From: an uncultured delta proteobacterium
Lineage (GTDB): Bacteria; Myxococcota; UBA727; VGSZ01
Reading direction: 5' to 3'
DNA: 64,000 nt
NCBI GenBank assembly: GCA_963775425.1
Contig: CAVZJB010000011.1
Coordinates: 928,001 to 992,000 of the forward strand
The notes beneath the pieces were generated by a model that was given only the letters and a program-made list of their open reading frames with translations, did not search any database and had not been told where the DNA came from. Numbering within the stretch: position 1 is the first letter of the stretch; the number at the start of each line of letters is the position of its first letter. Position numbers and translations under genes: made by a program. Positions 12,967-21,976 of the stretch are shown here, one piece after another.

Positions 12967-13989
12967 ATGACGAAGCGCATCGCCATCAACGGTTTTGGCC
13001 GCATCGGCCGCGTGTTGTTTCGCATCCTGCAGGAGCGTGCGAAGAACGGCGCCACCGACGTCGAGGTCGTGGCCATCAACGACATCACCGACGCGGCGAT
13101 GCTCGCCCATCTGCTCAAGTACGACTCGGTGCACCGCCGCTTCGACGGGACGGTGAAGCACGACAAGGACACCATCGTCGTCAACGGCAAGCCCATCAAG
13201 ATCTACGCGGAGCGTGATCCGGCCAAGCTGCCGTGGAAGACCCACGAGGTCGACGTCGTCGTCGAGAGCACCGGCCTGTTCACCTCCAAGGACGACTGCC
13301 TCAAGCACGTCGCCGCAGGCGCCAAGAAGGTGATGCTCACCGCGCCCCACAAGGGCACGCCGCCGGACATCACCATCTGCTACGGCATCAACCACGACAA
13401 GTTCACCAAGGACATGCAGGTCGTCTCCACGGCCTCGTGCACCACCAACTGCCTCGCGCCCGTCGCCAAGACGCTGATGGACTCGTTCGGCATCGAGCAG
13501 GCGTTCGTCACCACCATCCACAGCTACACCAACGACCAGCGCATCCTCGACCTGCCGCACAAGGACTTCCGCCGCGCCCGCGCCGCGGCCCTCAACATCA
13601 TCCCGACCACCACGGGCGCCGCGCAGGCGGTGGCCCTCGTGCTGCCGGAGCTCAAGGGCAGGTTCGACGGCATCTCGGTGCGCGTGCCCACGCCCGACGT
13701 GAGCCTCATCGACCTCACCTGCACGGTGAAGAAGTCCACCACCGCGGCCGACGTCAACGCCGCCCTCAAGGCCGCCGCCGACGGCCCCTTGAAGGGCGTC
13801 ATGGGCTTCACCGACGAGAAGCTCGTCTCCATGGACTTCATGCAGACGGTCGAGTCGAGCTACGTCGACGGCCCGTGCACCGCGGTGCTCAACGGCAACT
13901 TCCTGAAGGTCCTGTCCTGGTACGACAACGAGTGGGGCTTCACCAACCGCGCCGTCGACATCCTGGAGATGATGGCCAAAGCGGCCTGA
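12967..13989 (+). CDS. gap: Type I glyceraldehyde-3-phosphate dehydrogenase
   Basis: INGFGRIGR, ASCTTNCL, RVPT, WYDNEWG. Confidence 0.98.
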   Translation: MTKRIAINGFGRIGRVLFRILQERAKNGATDVEVVAINDITDAAMLAHLLKYDSVHRRFDGTVKHDKDTIVVNGKPIKIYAERDPAKLPWKTHEVDVVVESTGLFTSKDDCLKHVAAGAKKVMLTAPHKGTPPDITICYGINHDKFTKDMQVVSTASCTTNCLAPVAKTLMDSFGIEQAFVTTIHSYTNDQRILDLPHKDFRRARAAALNIIPTTTGAAQAVALVLPELKGRFDGISVRVPTPDVSLIDLTCTVKKSTTAADVNAALKAAADGPLKGVMGFTDEKLVSMDFMQTVESSYVDGPCTAVLNGNFLKVLSWYDNEWGFTNRAVDILEMMAKAA

Positions 13990-14161
13990 TCAAGCGCGCC
14001 CGCTCCCGCCGGTCGCTGATCTGCGCGGCTGGAGCTCCGCTCGCTGATCAGCGCGGCCCGCGGTGGGCGCGTGTAGGCGCGCGCGCCGGCGGTCGGGCCG
14101 TCGGCGGAGGGTAGGCCTTCCTGCCGAGGGCGGCGTCCGGAGTCCCGCCGAAGCACTCGGC

Positions 14162-15442
14162 ATGACTTCGGCCACCCTCTCCGCCAGCGTCCGCACCGCC
14201 CTCGCTCACGCCCTCGGCGCCGCCCTCGGCAGCGCCGACAAAGACGCCGCGGTGGGGACGACGGCTGCGCCGCCGCCGGCAGCTCCGTCGGCGCCGTCGG
14301 CAGCGAGGGCGGCGGTCCCGGCGCCGGTCCAGGGCAGCGCGCGGCGGCGGGCGGCGACGCAGGGGGCGCAGATCCAGGCGGCGCTCCACGCCCACGTGCC
14401 GCAGCCGCAGACGGCGTCGCCTGAGCGCGCGGCGTACGAGGCGAAGCTCGCCGCCTACGAAAAGGCGCACGACGCCTGGCAGAAGAAGACCGACGACTAC
14501 TGGACCGCGATGAAGGCCGCGCGGAAGGCCGGGCACTACATCACCGAGCAGCCGCCCGGGAAGTACGACGGCCCCCCCAAGCCGCACGCGCCCCCGCCGA
14601 CGGAGGCGCCGCAGATCGTGGTGGCGCCGCCGCCGTCGCCGCCGCCGACGCCGCCCGCGCACCCGCGCTCGAGCATCCCCAAGAAGCAGGACTTCATCGA
14701 CGCCGCCAAGAAGGTCTACGGCTTCACCCCCGAGCAGGCCGACGAGGCCACGTTCAAGAAGCGCTACGCCGCCGAGGCCAAGAAAGCGGGGCTCACCGCG
14801 GACGAGGTCGCGCGCGTGTACGCGTTCGAGACCGGCGGCAAGGGCAAGTACGACGACCAGCCCATCAGAAAAGACGGCACCGCCATCTCCACGGCGCTCG
14901 GCTACGCCCAGGTCATGAACGCCACGAGCATCGACATGGTCGCGCGCCACGGCGCCGCGTGGGCCACCGCCCTCGACAACGCCGGCAAGCACGGCAAGGC
15001 CGACGCCGTTCGCCGCATGGCCGCCGACGCCAAGGCCGTGGGCGACGACTGGAACAAGCAGCGCGCGTACGCCAAGACCCCGCAGGGGCGCGCGATGCAC
15101 GCGCTGAACCTCGACGTCGACGTCGGCCCCAAGATGCAGATGGAGATGCTCAAGGAGATCAAGAAGACCGGCGAGCGGCTCGGCGTGAAGGACCCGACGG
15201 CGGCGCAGCTCGAGCTCATGAACCTCGCCGGCGAGCGAAACGGCGCCCACATGATCACGCCGGAGACGACGAACCTCCCCACCGCCAACTTCTTCACGCG
15301 CGCGGGGTACGAGGCGAACCCGGTGACCCACAACCGCACCGGTGCGCAGTTGCTCGGCGAGATCGACAAGGACATGGACTTCTACGTGAAGAAGCCGGGC
15401 ACGCAGCAGTTCTACGCGGCGTTCCGCGCGCTCGGTCGCTGA
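14162..15442 (+). CDS. Hypothetical protein with probable lysozyme/transglycosylase-like C-terminal domain
   Basis: Ala/Pro-rich N-terminus; VARVYAFETGG...ISTALGYAQV resembles the catalytic-Glu and GxxQ motifs of the lysozyme-like fold. Confidence 0.6.
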   Translation: MTSATLSASVRTALAHALGAALGSADKDAAVGTTAAPPPAAPSAPSAARAAVPAPVQGSARRRAATQGAQIQAALHAHVPQPQTASPERAAYEAKLAAYEKAHDAWQKKTDDYWTAMKAARKAGHYITEQPPGKYDGPPKPHAPPPTEAPQIVVAPPPSPPPTPPAHPRSSIPKKQDFIDAAKKVYGFTPEQADEATFKKRYAAEAKKAGLTADEVARVYAFETGGKGKYDDQPIRKDGTAISTALGYAQVMNATSIDMVARHGAAWATALDNAGKHGKADAVRRMAADAKAVGDDWNKQRAYAKTPQGRAMHALNLDVDVGPKMQMEMLKEIKKTGERLGVKDPTAAQLELMNLAGERNGAHMITPETTNLPTANFFTRAGYEANPVTHNRTGAQLLGEIDKDMDFYVKKPGTQQFYAAFRALGR

Positions 15443-15459
15443 CCAGCGACTGGAGGGAG

Positions 15460-15492
15460 CGGCCGCGCTTGCTCGAGCGCGGCCGTTTTTTT
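15460..15492 (+). terminator. Rho-independent terminator
   Basis: cggccgcgct-6 nt loop-agcgcggccg followed by a T7 run. Confidence 0.85.
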
Positions 15493-15546
15493 GATCTGGC
15501 TCCAACCGGCGCCTACGGTGGCCACACGTCACCAAACGGAGCCGCC

Positions 15547-15786
15547 ATGCGCATCAGCCTGCACCGTCGTCGCCACATGAGCCTGCCGCCGCGCAAGCGC
15601 CGCTCGCCCAAGGTGCTCGTGCTCTTCATCGCGCTCACCACGGGGACCATGGCGTTCGCCGCGTCCCGCCTCGGCCGGGACCGGGCGCCGCCCGCGGCCG
15701 ACCCGCGCGTCACCGCCGTCGACGACGAGACTCTGGCCCTCGCCGACGAGCGCATCCACGCGCACCTGAAGAAGCTCGAACGGTGA
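15547..15786 (+). CDS. Small single-TM hypothetical protein
   Basis: GGAG upstream of ATG; basic N-terminus and hydrophobic VLVLFIALTTGTMAFAA. Confidence 0.55.
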   Translation: MRISLHRRRHMSLPPRKRRSPKVLVLFIALTTGTMAFAASRLGRDRAPPAADPRVTAVDDETLALADERIHAHLKKLER

Positions 15787-15810
15787 CGACGCGGGGCACG
15801 GGCCCCCGCC

Positions 15811-16545
15811 CTACTCGAGGCGGCGGCGGCCGTCGTCGGGGGTGACGCCGGCGTCGCGGGCGACCTCGTCGGCGACCGTCTGCAGGCTCTTTTTGAGCTG
15901 ACCCGCGGCCGCCGTGAAGACCTTCTCCGCGAGCTTGCGCTTGAGCTTGCCCATGAGCCCGCCGCCGAGCTTGTCCACGCGCGCGCGCTCCTGCTTGGTG
16001 GGCGGGCGATCGAAAGCGCCGTCGAACGAATGGAGCCGGGCAGGGGACGGCGTCCCCTCGTGAGGCTCGAGGCCCGAGTCGACGATCTCGACGAAGCGGC
16101 CGTCCTTCACCCGCAGCACCGTGGTGCGCATCAGGTGCGCGCTGGTCTGCTCCTCGAGCACCACGAGCTCCTCGCGCGCCACGGCGCCGACCTGCGCGGC
16201 GACGGCGTCGGCGACGGCCGCGCCGCCGGCCATGGCGTTGTACGGGAAGCGCGCGCGGCGAAAGAAGACCGTGATCATCATCAGCGGGCCGCTCTCGACG
16301 ACGAGCGGGCCGCCCTCGCCCTCGGCCTCGATGCGGAAGCGCGGGCCGCCCGCGAGGGGCGAGCGCGGGCGCCCGGGATCGACGGCCTCGACGTCGACGC
16401 GCACGGTGCGCCCGGGGAGCGCCTTCTGCACGAGCGCCACCAGGCGCTCGACGCCCGCCGTCGTCGACAGCGGCGGCTCCTGGCCCGCGCCGGCGTCTCC
16501 TGCGCGGCCGCCGGGCTCGGGATCCAGGATCTCGGGATCCACCAT
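15811..16545 (-). CDS. Hypothetical protein
   Basis: Globular-looking ORF from MVDPEILDPEP, divergent from the radical SAM operon. Confidence 0.65.
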   Translation of the reverse strand: MVDPEILDPEPGGRAGDAGAGQEPPLSTTAGVERLVALVQKALPGRTVRVDVEAVDPGRPRSPLAGGPRFRIEAEGEGGPLVVESGPLMMITVFFRRARFPYNAMAGGAAVADAVAAQVGAVAREELVVLEEQTSAHLMRTTVLRVKDGRFVEIVDSGLEPHEGTPSPARLHSFDGAFDRPPTKQERARVDKLGGGLMGKLKRKLAEKVFTAAAGQLKKSLQTVADEVARDAGVTPDDGRRRLE

Positions 16546-16636
16546 GAGGGAGGTCTTGCATCCCCGCCCAAAGGCGTCGACCCCGGGCGCGCGACCCGTT
16601 GCGCTCGGGTGTGCTCTCCACCGAGAGTCCGGCGCG

Positions 16637-16969
16637 ATGATCTCCGAAGCCGACGGCTGCGATCTCCTGGCCCGCGTGTTCACGTCGCGCGGCTACACCG
16701 TGGGTCGCGACATCTTCTTCGACGAAGAGGGCGTCACCTGCACGCTCGACGGCTGGGACGCCGAGGCACGCGTGGGCTTCGAATACCTCACCCGCTCGGC
16801 GGGTGATCACGAGGACCTCACCAGCGACGAGCTCGGCCGCCTCGCGGCCCGCATCGAGCGCGGGGAGCTCTACGTGTTCATCGTCGACGAGCGCGACGTC
16901 GTCGACCCCGCCGAGCTCGAAGAGGCCGCCAAGCTGTTCCTCGACGAGGTCGAACGGAGGCGCGCGTGA
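16637..16969 (+). CDS. Small PD-(D/E)XK/Vsr-like fold protein
   Basis: 110 aa; TLDGWDAEARVGFEY resembles the LDG-x6-FEY motif of restriction-endonuclease-like folds; stop overlaps the next GTG. Confidence 0.55.
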   Translation: MISEADGCDLLARVFTSRGYTVGRDIFFDEEGVTCTLDGWDAEARVGFEYLTRSAGDHEDLTSDELGRLAARIERGELYVFIVDERDVVDPAELEEAAKLFLDEVERRRA

Positions 16970-18222
16970 GGGCCTGGTCCGGAATTCAGCTCCTCGACAT
17001 CGCGCGTGAGCGCCGGGCCCTCGCGGCGGGGGAGCTCAAGGCGGTGAAAAAGGACATCGCCGACGCCGAGCGCGACATCAAGAAGCTCGACGCCGCCGTC
17101 GACGAGGCGTGGGCCGACCTGGCCGCCGCCGTCGTGCCCTCGCTCGATGGCGCCTGGCTGGACGCGCGCGCGTCCCAGCTCCACCTGCCCTGGATCGCGC
17201 AGGAGCACGTGAAGCAGCAGCACGAGGAGTATGTGCGCGCGCAGCAGGCGGTCGTCGCCGCCGTCGACGCCGACCCCCGCGCCGCCCCAGGCGCCGACAA
17301 CGCCATCGCCATCAAGCTCGCCGAGGTCGACGACGCCATCAGGCCGCTGCACGACAGCGTCACCACGCTGGAGTCGGAGCCCTACTTCGCCGAGCTCATC
17401 CGCACCAACTACGACACCGACGCGTACGTGGGCCGCTTCTGGCAGCTCTCGTACTATCGCCACTGGAAGAACGCCGACATCATCGTCGCCAAGCACGGCA
17501 CGCGTATGAGGGTCACGCGCTTCGCGGAGCTGCGCGACAAGTACAAGGAGGAGCAGGCCGCGCTCGGGTCGCTCATCGGCGAGAAGCGGCGGCTCGAGCG
17601 GGCGCGCAACGAGGTCGCCGGCCTGCTGCAGAAGCGCGACGCCGCCGCGCGCGCCGTCGAAAACGCTGCCGCGCGAACCCTCGGCGTCGTGCGCTCCAAG
17701 GTGCAGAGCCACCTGCGGCCGGTGGCCCTCGACGCCGTGGCCCAGCTCTTCCCCGGGGAGGAGGGCGTCGAATTCCGGCTCAAGCGCATCGCCGGCGTGC
17801 AGAAGAAGCGCGACTACGCGCGCGCGATGATGGAGCACTTCCTGTTGAGCACGCGCGACAACCTCTCGCGCGTCGTGCAGAAGGCGAGCCGCGCCGAGAC
17901 CAAATACGGGCGGGCCAAGAACGCGCGGCGCACCTTCCAGGTCGACGTCGACCGCGCCTTCCCCGACAAGCGCGACGCGTGGCGCAAGCGCCGCGACCGC
18001 TTCTCGTTCGGCATGAGGCGCCTGAGCGCGTTCGACGACTGGAGTCGCGGCTCGCTCGCCGGTGACTTCCTGTGGTGGGACGTGTTCATGGACGGCTCGC
18101 TCGACGGCCGCTTCATCCCCGAGGTCGGGAGCGCCGGCGCGTCCTCGAAGGCGCACGCGGCGGTGGCGGCGCGGCAACAGGCGTTGCTCGACGACCAGGC
18201 GCTCGAGCTCGACGTGAGCTGA
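16966..18222 (+). CDS. Coiled-coil/helical hypothetical protein
   Basis: Heptad-rich helices plus aromatic motifs YDTDAYVGRFWQLSYYRHWK and FLWWDVF. Confidence 0.8.
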   Translation: MRAWSGIQLLDIARERRALAAGELKAVKKDIADAERDIKKLDAAVDEAWADLAAAVVPSLDGAWLDARASQLHLPWIAQEHVKQQHEEYVRAQQAVVAAVDADPRAAPGADNAIAIKLAEVDDAIRPLHDSVTTLESEPYFAELIRTNYDTDAYVGRFWQLSYYRHWKNADIIVAKHGTRMRVTRFAELRDKYKEEQAALGSLIGEKRRLERARNEVAGLLQKRDAAARAVENAAARTLGVVRSKVQSHLRPVALDAVAQLFPGEEGVEFRLKRIAGVQKKRDYARAMMEHFLLSTRDNLSRVVQKASRAETKYGRAKNARRTFQVDVDRAFPDKRDAWRKRRDRFSFGMRRLSAFDDWSRGSLAGDFLWWDVFMDGSLDGRFIPEVGSAGASSKAHAAVAARQQALLDDQALELDVS

Positions 18223-18234
18223 ACGGAGGCATCG

Positions 18235-19887
18235 ATGAGGTCCGTCTCCTTCATGAGCTACGCGGTGAACGGCAGCGGCGTCGGTCACCTGTCGAGACAG
18301 ATCGCGGTGCAGCGTTGGCTGCGCCGGCTGTGCGCTTTGTGTGGCGTCCGCTCGCAGCACTGGTTTTTGACGACGTCGGAGGCGGACACGCTGCTGTTCC
18401 GCGAGGGCTTCGCGGGCTTCAAGCTGCCTTCGAAGACGGTGATCGAGGCGTCGGGCGTCGACAAGCTCGCCTACATCGCGCTCGCCAAGCAGTGGGTGTG
18501 GCACTCGCTGTCGTTGTTGCGGCCGGACCTGTTCCTCGTAGACACGTTCCCGAACGGCTCGTTCCACGAGCTGGTCACCTGCCTGGACCTCTGCGCCAGG
18601 AAGGCGCTCGTCTACCGGCCCGTGAAGGAAGAGCTCGCCGCGCGCGACGACTTCCGCGCGGTGGCGCGGCTGTACGACCGCGTCATCGTCCCCGTCGACG
18701 ACGACGCCGTCGCCGACGCCGCGCTCGCGGCCCTCGGGCTGCCGCCCGCGCAGGCGGCGGTGACGGGTCCGGTGATGCGCGTGGAGCGCTTCGAGCAGAT
18801 GCCCCGCGCCGACGCGCGCGCCGCGTTCGGCGCCGCCCCCGGCGACCGCGTCGTCCTGGTCAGCGGTGGCGGCGGCGGCGACCGGAGCGTGGCGCGCTTG
18901 TTCGAGGACGCGCTCGCCGCCCGGGAGGGGCTGGAGGGCGGCGCGCGCGCCGGCGGCGTGCACCTGGTGCTCGCCGCCGGCCCGCTGTTCCGCGGCGCGC
19001 CGCTGCGGGCGCCGGCGTCGACGTGGTGGACGGCGCCGGATCTGGCGGAGCACCTCCCGGGCGTCGACGCCGCGGTGTGTGCGGCGGGCTTCAACACGGC
19101 GCACGAGCTGTTGTTCGCGGGCGTTCCCACGGCGCTTTTGGCGCAGGAAAAGATCGCCGACGACCAGGCCGCGCGCGTCGCCGCCTTCGCCGCCCGCGGC
19201 GCCTGTCTCGCCGCCGCGCCGGGCGCGGCGGGGATCGCGTCTGCGCTCGCGACGCTCCTCGACGACGGCGCGGCGGCGGAGCTGAGCGCGCGCGCGCGCG
19301 AGGCGGTGCCGGACAACGACGCGCGCTCGGCGGCGGCGGCGGCGCTGTCGCTCGTGTTGCCCGAGCTCGAGGTGCGCCGTGCGCTCGACGCTCTCGAGGA
19401 CGACGCCCTCGCGCGGACGCGCGGCGCGGGCCTCTCGCTCGCCGAGGTCGTCGACGTGGCGGGCGCGCTCGGCGACGCCTTCGACCTCTCGGGAGCGCTC
19501 GACGTCATCGAGCGCGCGCACGAAGAGGGCGTCGCGCGGCAGACGCTGGCCAAGGTGACGGGGCTCCTGTCACGCAAGCTGCGCGTGGTCGGCGACGGCG
19601 CCGGCGTCGGCCGCGCGCTCGACGCGCTCTTCGACGCTCCGGCGGCGCGAGGGCAGTGGGCGGCCTTGCCGATGCTCTTGCAGATGCTGCCGTCAGAGCG
19701 GGTGTTGTCCCCGGAGGCGTGGACGCGCGAGCTGGTGGCGCTGCTCGAGGCTGCGGCGTCCGCCGGCCTCGACGTCTTCGCGGCCACACGGCTGCTCCAC
19801 GAGTGCAGCGAGGAGGCGGGCGACGCGTCGTCGAGCCGCCCGTTGTTCTCGGCGGCGGGCCGCCGCTTGAAGGAGCGCGCCGCGTGA
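18235..19887 (+). CDS. GT-B glycosyltransferase (GT28-C/PseG-like) with helical C-terminal extension
   Basis: YAVNGSGVGHLSR; LVSGGGGG; DAAVCAAGFNTAHE; DDQAAR; GGAGG RBS. Confidence 0.85.
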   Translation: MRSVSFMSYAVNGSGVGHLSRQIAVQRWLRRLCALCGVRSQHWFLTTSEADTLLFREGFAGFKLPSKTVIEASGVDKLAYIALAKQWVWHSLSLLRPDLFLVDTFPNGSFHELVTCLDLCARKALVYRPVKEELAARDDFRAVARLYDRVIVPVDDDAVADAALAALGLPPAQAAVTGPVMRVERFEQMPRADARAAFGAAPGDRVVLVSGGGGGDRSVARLFEDALAAREGLEGGARAGGVHLVLAAGPLFRGAPLRAPASTWWTAPDLAEHLPGVDAAVCAAGFNTAHELLFAGVPTALLAQEKIADDQAARVAAFAARGACLAAAPGAAGIASALATLLDDGAAAELSARAREAVPDNDARSAAAAALSLVLPELEVRRALDALEDDALARTRGAGLSLAEVVDVAGALGDAFDLSGALDVIERAHEEGVARQTLAKVTGLLSRKLRVVGDGAGVGRALDALFDAPAARGQWAALPMLLQMLPSERVLSPEAWTRELVALLEAAASAGLDVFAATRLLHECSEEAGDASSSRPLFSAAGRRLKERAA

Positions 19888-20996
19888 AAGCCGCCGAGGT
19901 GCGCCTGCAATCGCTCGAGGACGGCGTGGTCCGCCTGGGCCCGCAGACGGTGCACGTCGATCTCACCAACGCGTGCAACACCGACTGTGTCACCTGCTGG
20001 GATCACAGCCCGCACCTGACGCAGGCGCGGCCGGCGTCGTGGAAGCGACAGCGCGCGGACGCGGGCTTCGTGCGCGCGCTCCTCGACGACATCGAGGCGC
20101 TGGGCGGGCTCGAGGCGGTGATCCTCTCGGGCATGGGCGAGCCGTTCACGCACCCCGGCGTCTACGACGTGATCGCCGACGTCAAACGACGCGGCCTGCA
20201 CCTGACCATCATCACCAACCTCGTGGCCGCCGACGTCCGCCGCGTGATCGACCTCGGCGTGGACACGTTGCTCATCGGCGTGCAAGGCGCGTCGCAGCAG
20301 AGCTACCTGGCGTTTCATCCGTCGTTCTCGGCGCGGCACTGGTCGCTCTTGATGGAGCAGCTCGCGGCGCTCAAGGCCGCGGGCAGGCGCGACAAGCACG
20401 TGCAGGTGGTGTGCGCGCACAACGCCCACGAGCTCTCGGCGATGGTGGAGCTGGCGGCGGAGCACGGCGCGGCGCAGGTGAATTTCAAGCTCGCGTCGCT
20501 GCGCGCGGGGACGGAGGCGGTGCGCATCGACGACGCGCAGCGGGCGGCGTTGCTCGAGCGCGACATCGCCGCCGCGCGCGAGCGGGCGCAGGCGCTCGGC
20601 GTGGCGGAGAACCTCGAGGTGTTCCGGGCGCAAGTGGAGGCAGGCGGCGAGACCACGGCGCCCATCGAGGAGATCGGCTGCTTCCTGGGCACGTCGTACG
20701 CGCGCATCACCGTCGACGGCAGCGCGCAGTATTGCTGCAACACCGAGACCGTCGTCGGCCGCGTCGATGACGACACACCGTTTTCTTCGCTGTGGACCGG
20801 CGACGCCTGGGCCGCGATGCGCGCCCGTTTGCGCGAGGGGCGCTACTTCCCCGGCTGCCGGCAGTGCGGGAAGCTCAACCAGAACGTGAAGCTGTCGCGG
20901 CGCTTTCGCGCCCTCTTTGGCGTCGAGCGCTGGGCCCGCGTCGCCGGCGCGGAGACGGCGACCGTGCCGCGCGCGGCGCTGCGGGTGTTGCCATGA
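19884..20996 (+). CDS. Radical SAM protein with SPASM/Twitch-type auxiliary domain
   Basis: CNTDCVTC; SGMGEPF; C-terminal CFLG...YCCN...CRQC; GTGA overlap. Confidence 0.92.
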   Translation: MKAAEVRLQSLEDGVVRLGPQTVHVDLTNACNTDCVTCWDHSPHLTQARPASWKRQRADAGFVRALLDDIEALGGLEAVILSGMGEPFTHPGVYDVIADVKRRGLHLTIITNLVAADVRRVIDLGVDTLLIGVQGASQQSYLAFHPSFSARHWSLLMEQLAALKAAGRRDKHVQVVCAHNAHELSAMVELAAEHGAAQVNFKLASLRAGTEAVRIDDAQRAALLERDIAAARERAQALGVAENLEVFRAQVEAGGETTAPIEEIGCFLGTSYARITVDGSAQYCCNTETVVGRVDDDTPFSSLWTGDAWAAMRARLREGRYFPGCRQCGKLNQNVKLSRRFRALFGVERWARVAGAETATVPRAALRVLP

Positions 20997-21976
20997 CGCG
21001 CGGTGGGTACCGGGTTGGCGGCGCCGGCCCCGGGTCGCGCGGGCGCGGGCTGCCGATCGTCGACGGCGCCGTCCCGCTGGAGGGCGCCACCACCCTGGAC
21101 GCCGGCGCCCTCGTCGGAGCCGCGTGGCCGCACCGGCCGACGGTGGAGTGGCAGGTGTGCGGGCAGTGCAACTACGACTGCTCCTATTGCATCCAGTCGA
21201 AGAAGCACCGCGTCGGCGTCCCCGACGACGACGTCGTCGAGCGCTGCTTGGCGTTGCTCGCGGCGCTCCCCGGCCGCTGGGAGGTGAAGACCAGCGGCGG
21301 CGAGCCGTTTTCGACGAGGCTGTTCCTCGAGCGCATCGTGCCCGCGCTCGCGCGCGCCGGCCACATCGTCTCCACGCTCACCAACCTGTCGGCGCCGGCG
21401 CACAAGCTCCTCGAGTACGTCGGCATCCTCGGCGGGAACCTCGGCGTCGTCTCGGCGAGCCTGCACCTCGAGCACACCACGGCGCCCGTGTTCCTCGACA
21501 AGCTCACCGCCATGCGCGCGGCCACCCCTCACGGCCGCTTCGTCGTCAACGCCGTGCTCGTGCCCGAGCGGCTGCGCGAGCTCGTCGAGGTCAAGCGCGC
21601 CGTCGAGGGCGCCGGCTTCTCGTTTTTTCCGCAGCTCATGAAGGTGAAGCACGGCGTCTTCGCGTACACCCCCGAGCAGTGGAGGCTCGTCGAGGACGTC
21701 GTCGGCGATCCCGCCGAGGCCGCGCGCGCGCGCACCGCCAACATGGCCCCCGCGTACACGGGCCGGCGCTGCTTGAGCGGCGCGCGCTACTTCGTGCTCA
21801 TGCAAAACGGCGACGCCTGGAGCTGCCGCTCGGCCAAGCGCGTCGGCGAGGGCTTCCTCGGCAACGCCGTCGACGGCGGCGTGCGGCTGGCTGCGGCCGC
21901 TCGCGCGTGCGCCTACACCATCTGCCCCTGCGCCACGCCCGCCAACCGCGGGATGATCGAGGGCGTCTCCCCGTGA
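20993..21976 (+). CDS. Radical SAM protein with Twitch-like C-terminal Cys cluster
   Basis: CNYDCSYC; SGGEPF; CLSG...WSC...CAYTICPC; ATGA overlap. Confidence 0.92.
   Translation: MTRGGYRVGGAGPGSRGRGLPIVDGAVPLEGATTLDAGALVGAAWPHRPTVEWQVCGQCNYDCSYCIQSKKHRVGVPDDDVVERCLALLAALPGRWEVKTSGGEPFSTRLFLERIVPALARAGHIVSTLTNLSAPAHKLLEYVGILGGNLGVVSASLHLEHTTAPVFLDKLTAMRAATPHGRFVVNAVLVPERLRELVEVKRAVEGAGFSFFPQLMKVKHGVFAYTPEQWRLVEDVVGDPAEAARARTANMAPAYTGRRCLSGARYFVLMQNGDAWSCRSAKRVGEGFLGNAVDGGVRLAAAARACAYTICPCATPANRGMIEGVSP

Noticed and set aside
15547-15786. RiPP precursor for the radical SAM cluster
   Set aside because: Separated from the operon by an opposite-strand gene and looks like a TM protein, not a leader-core peptide
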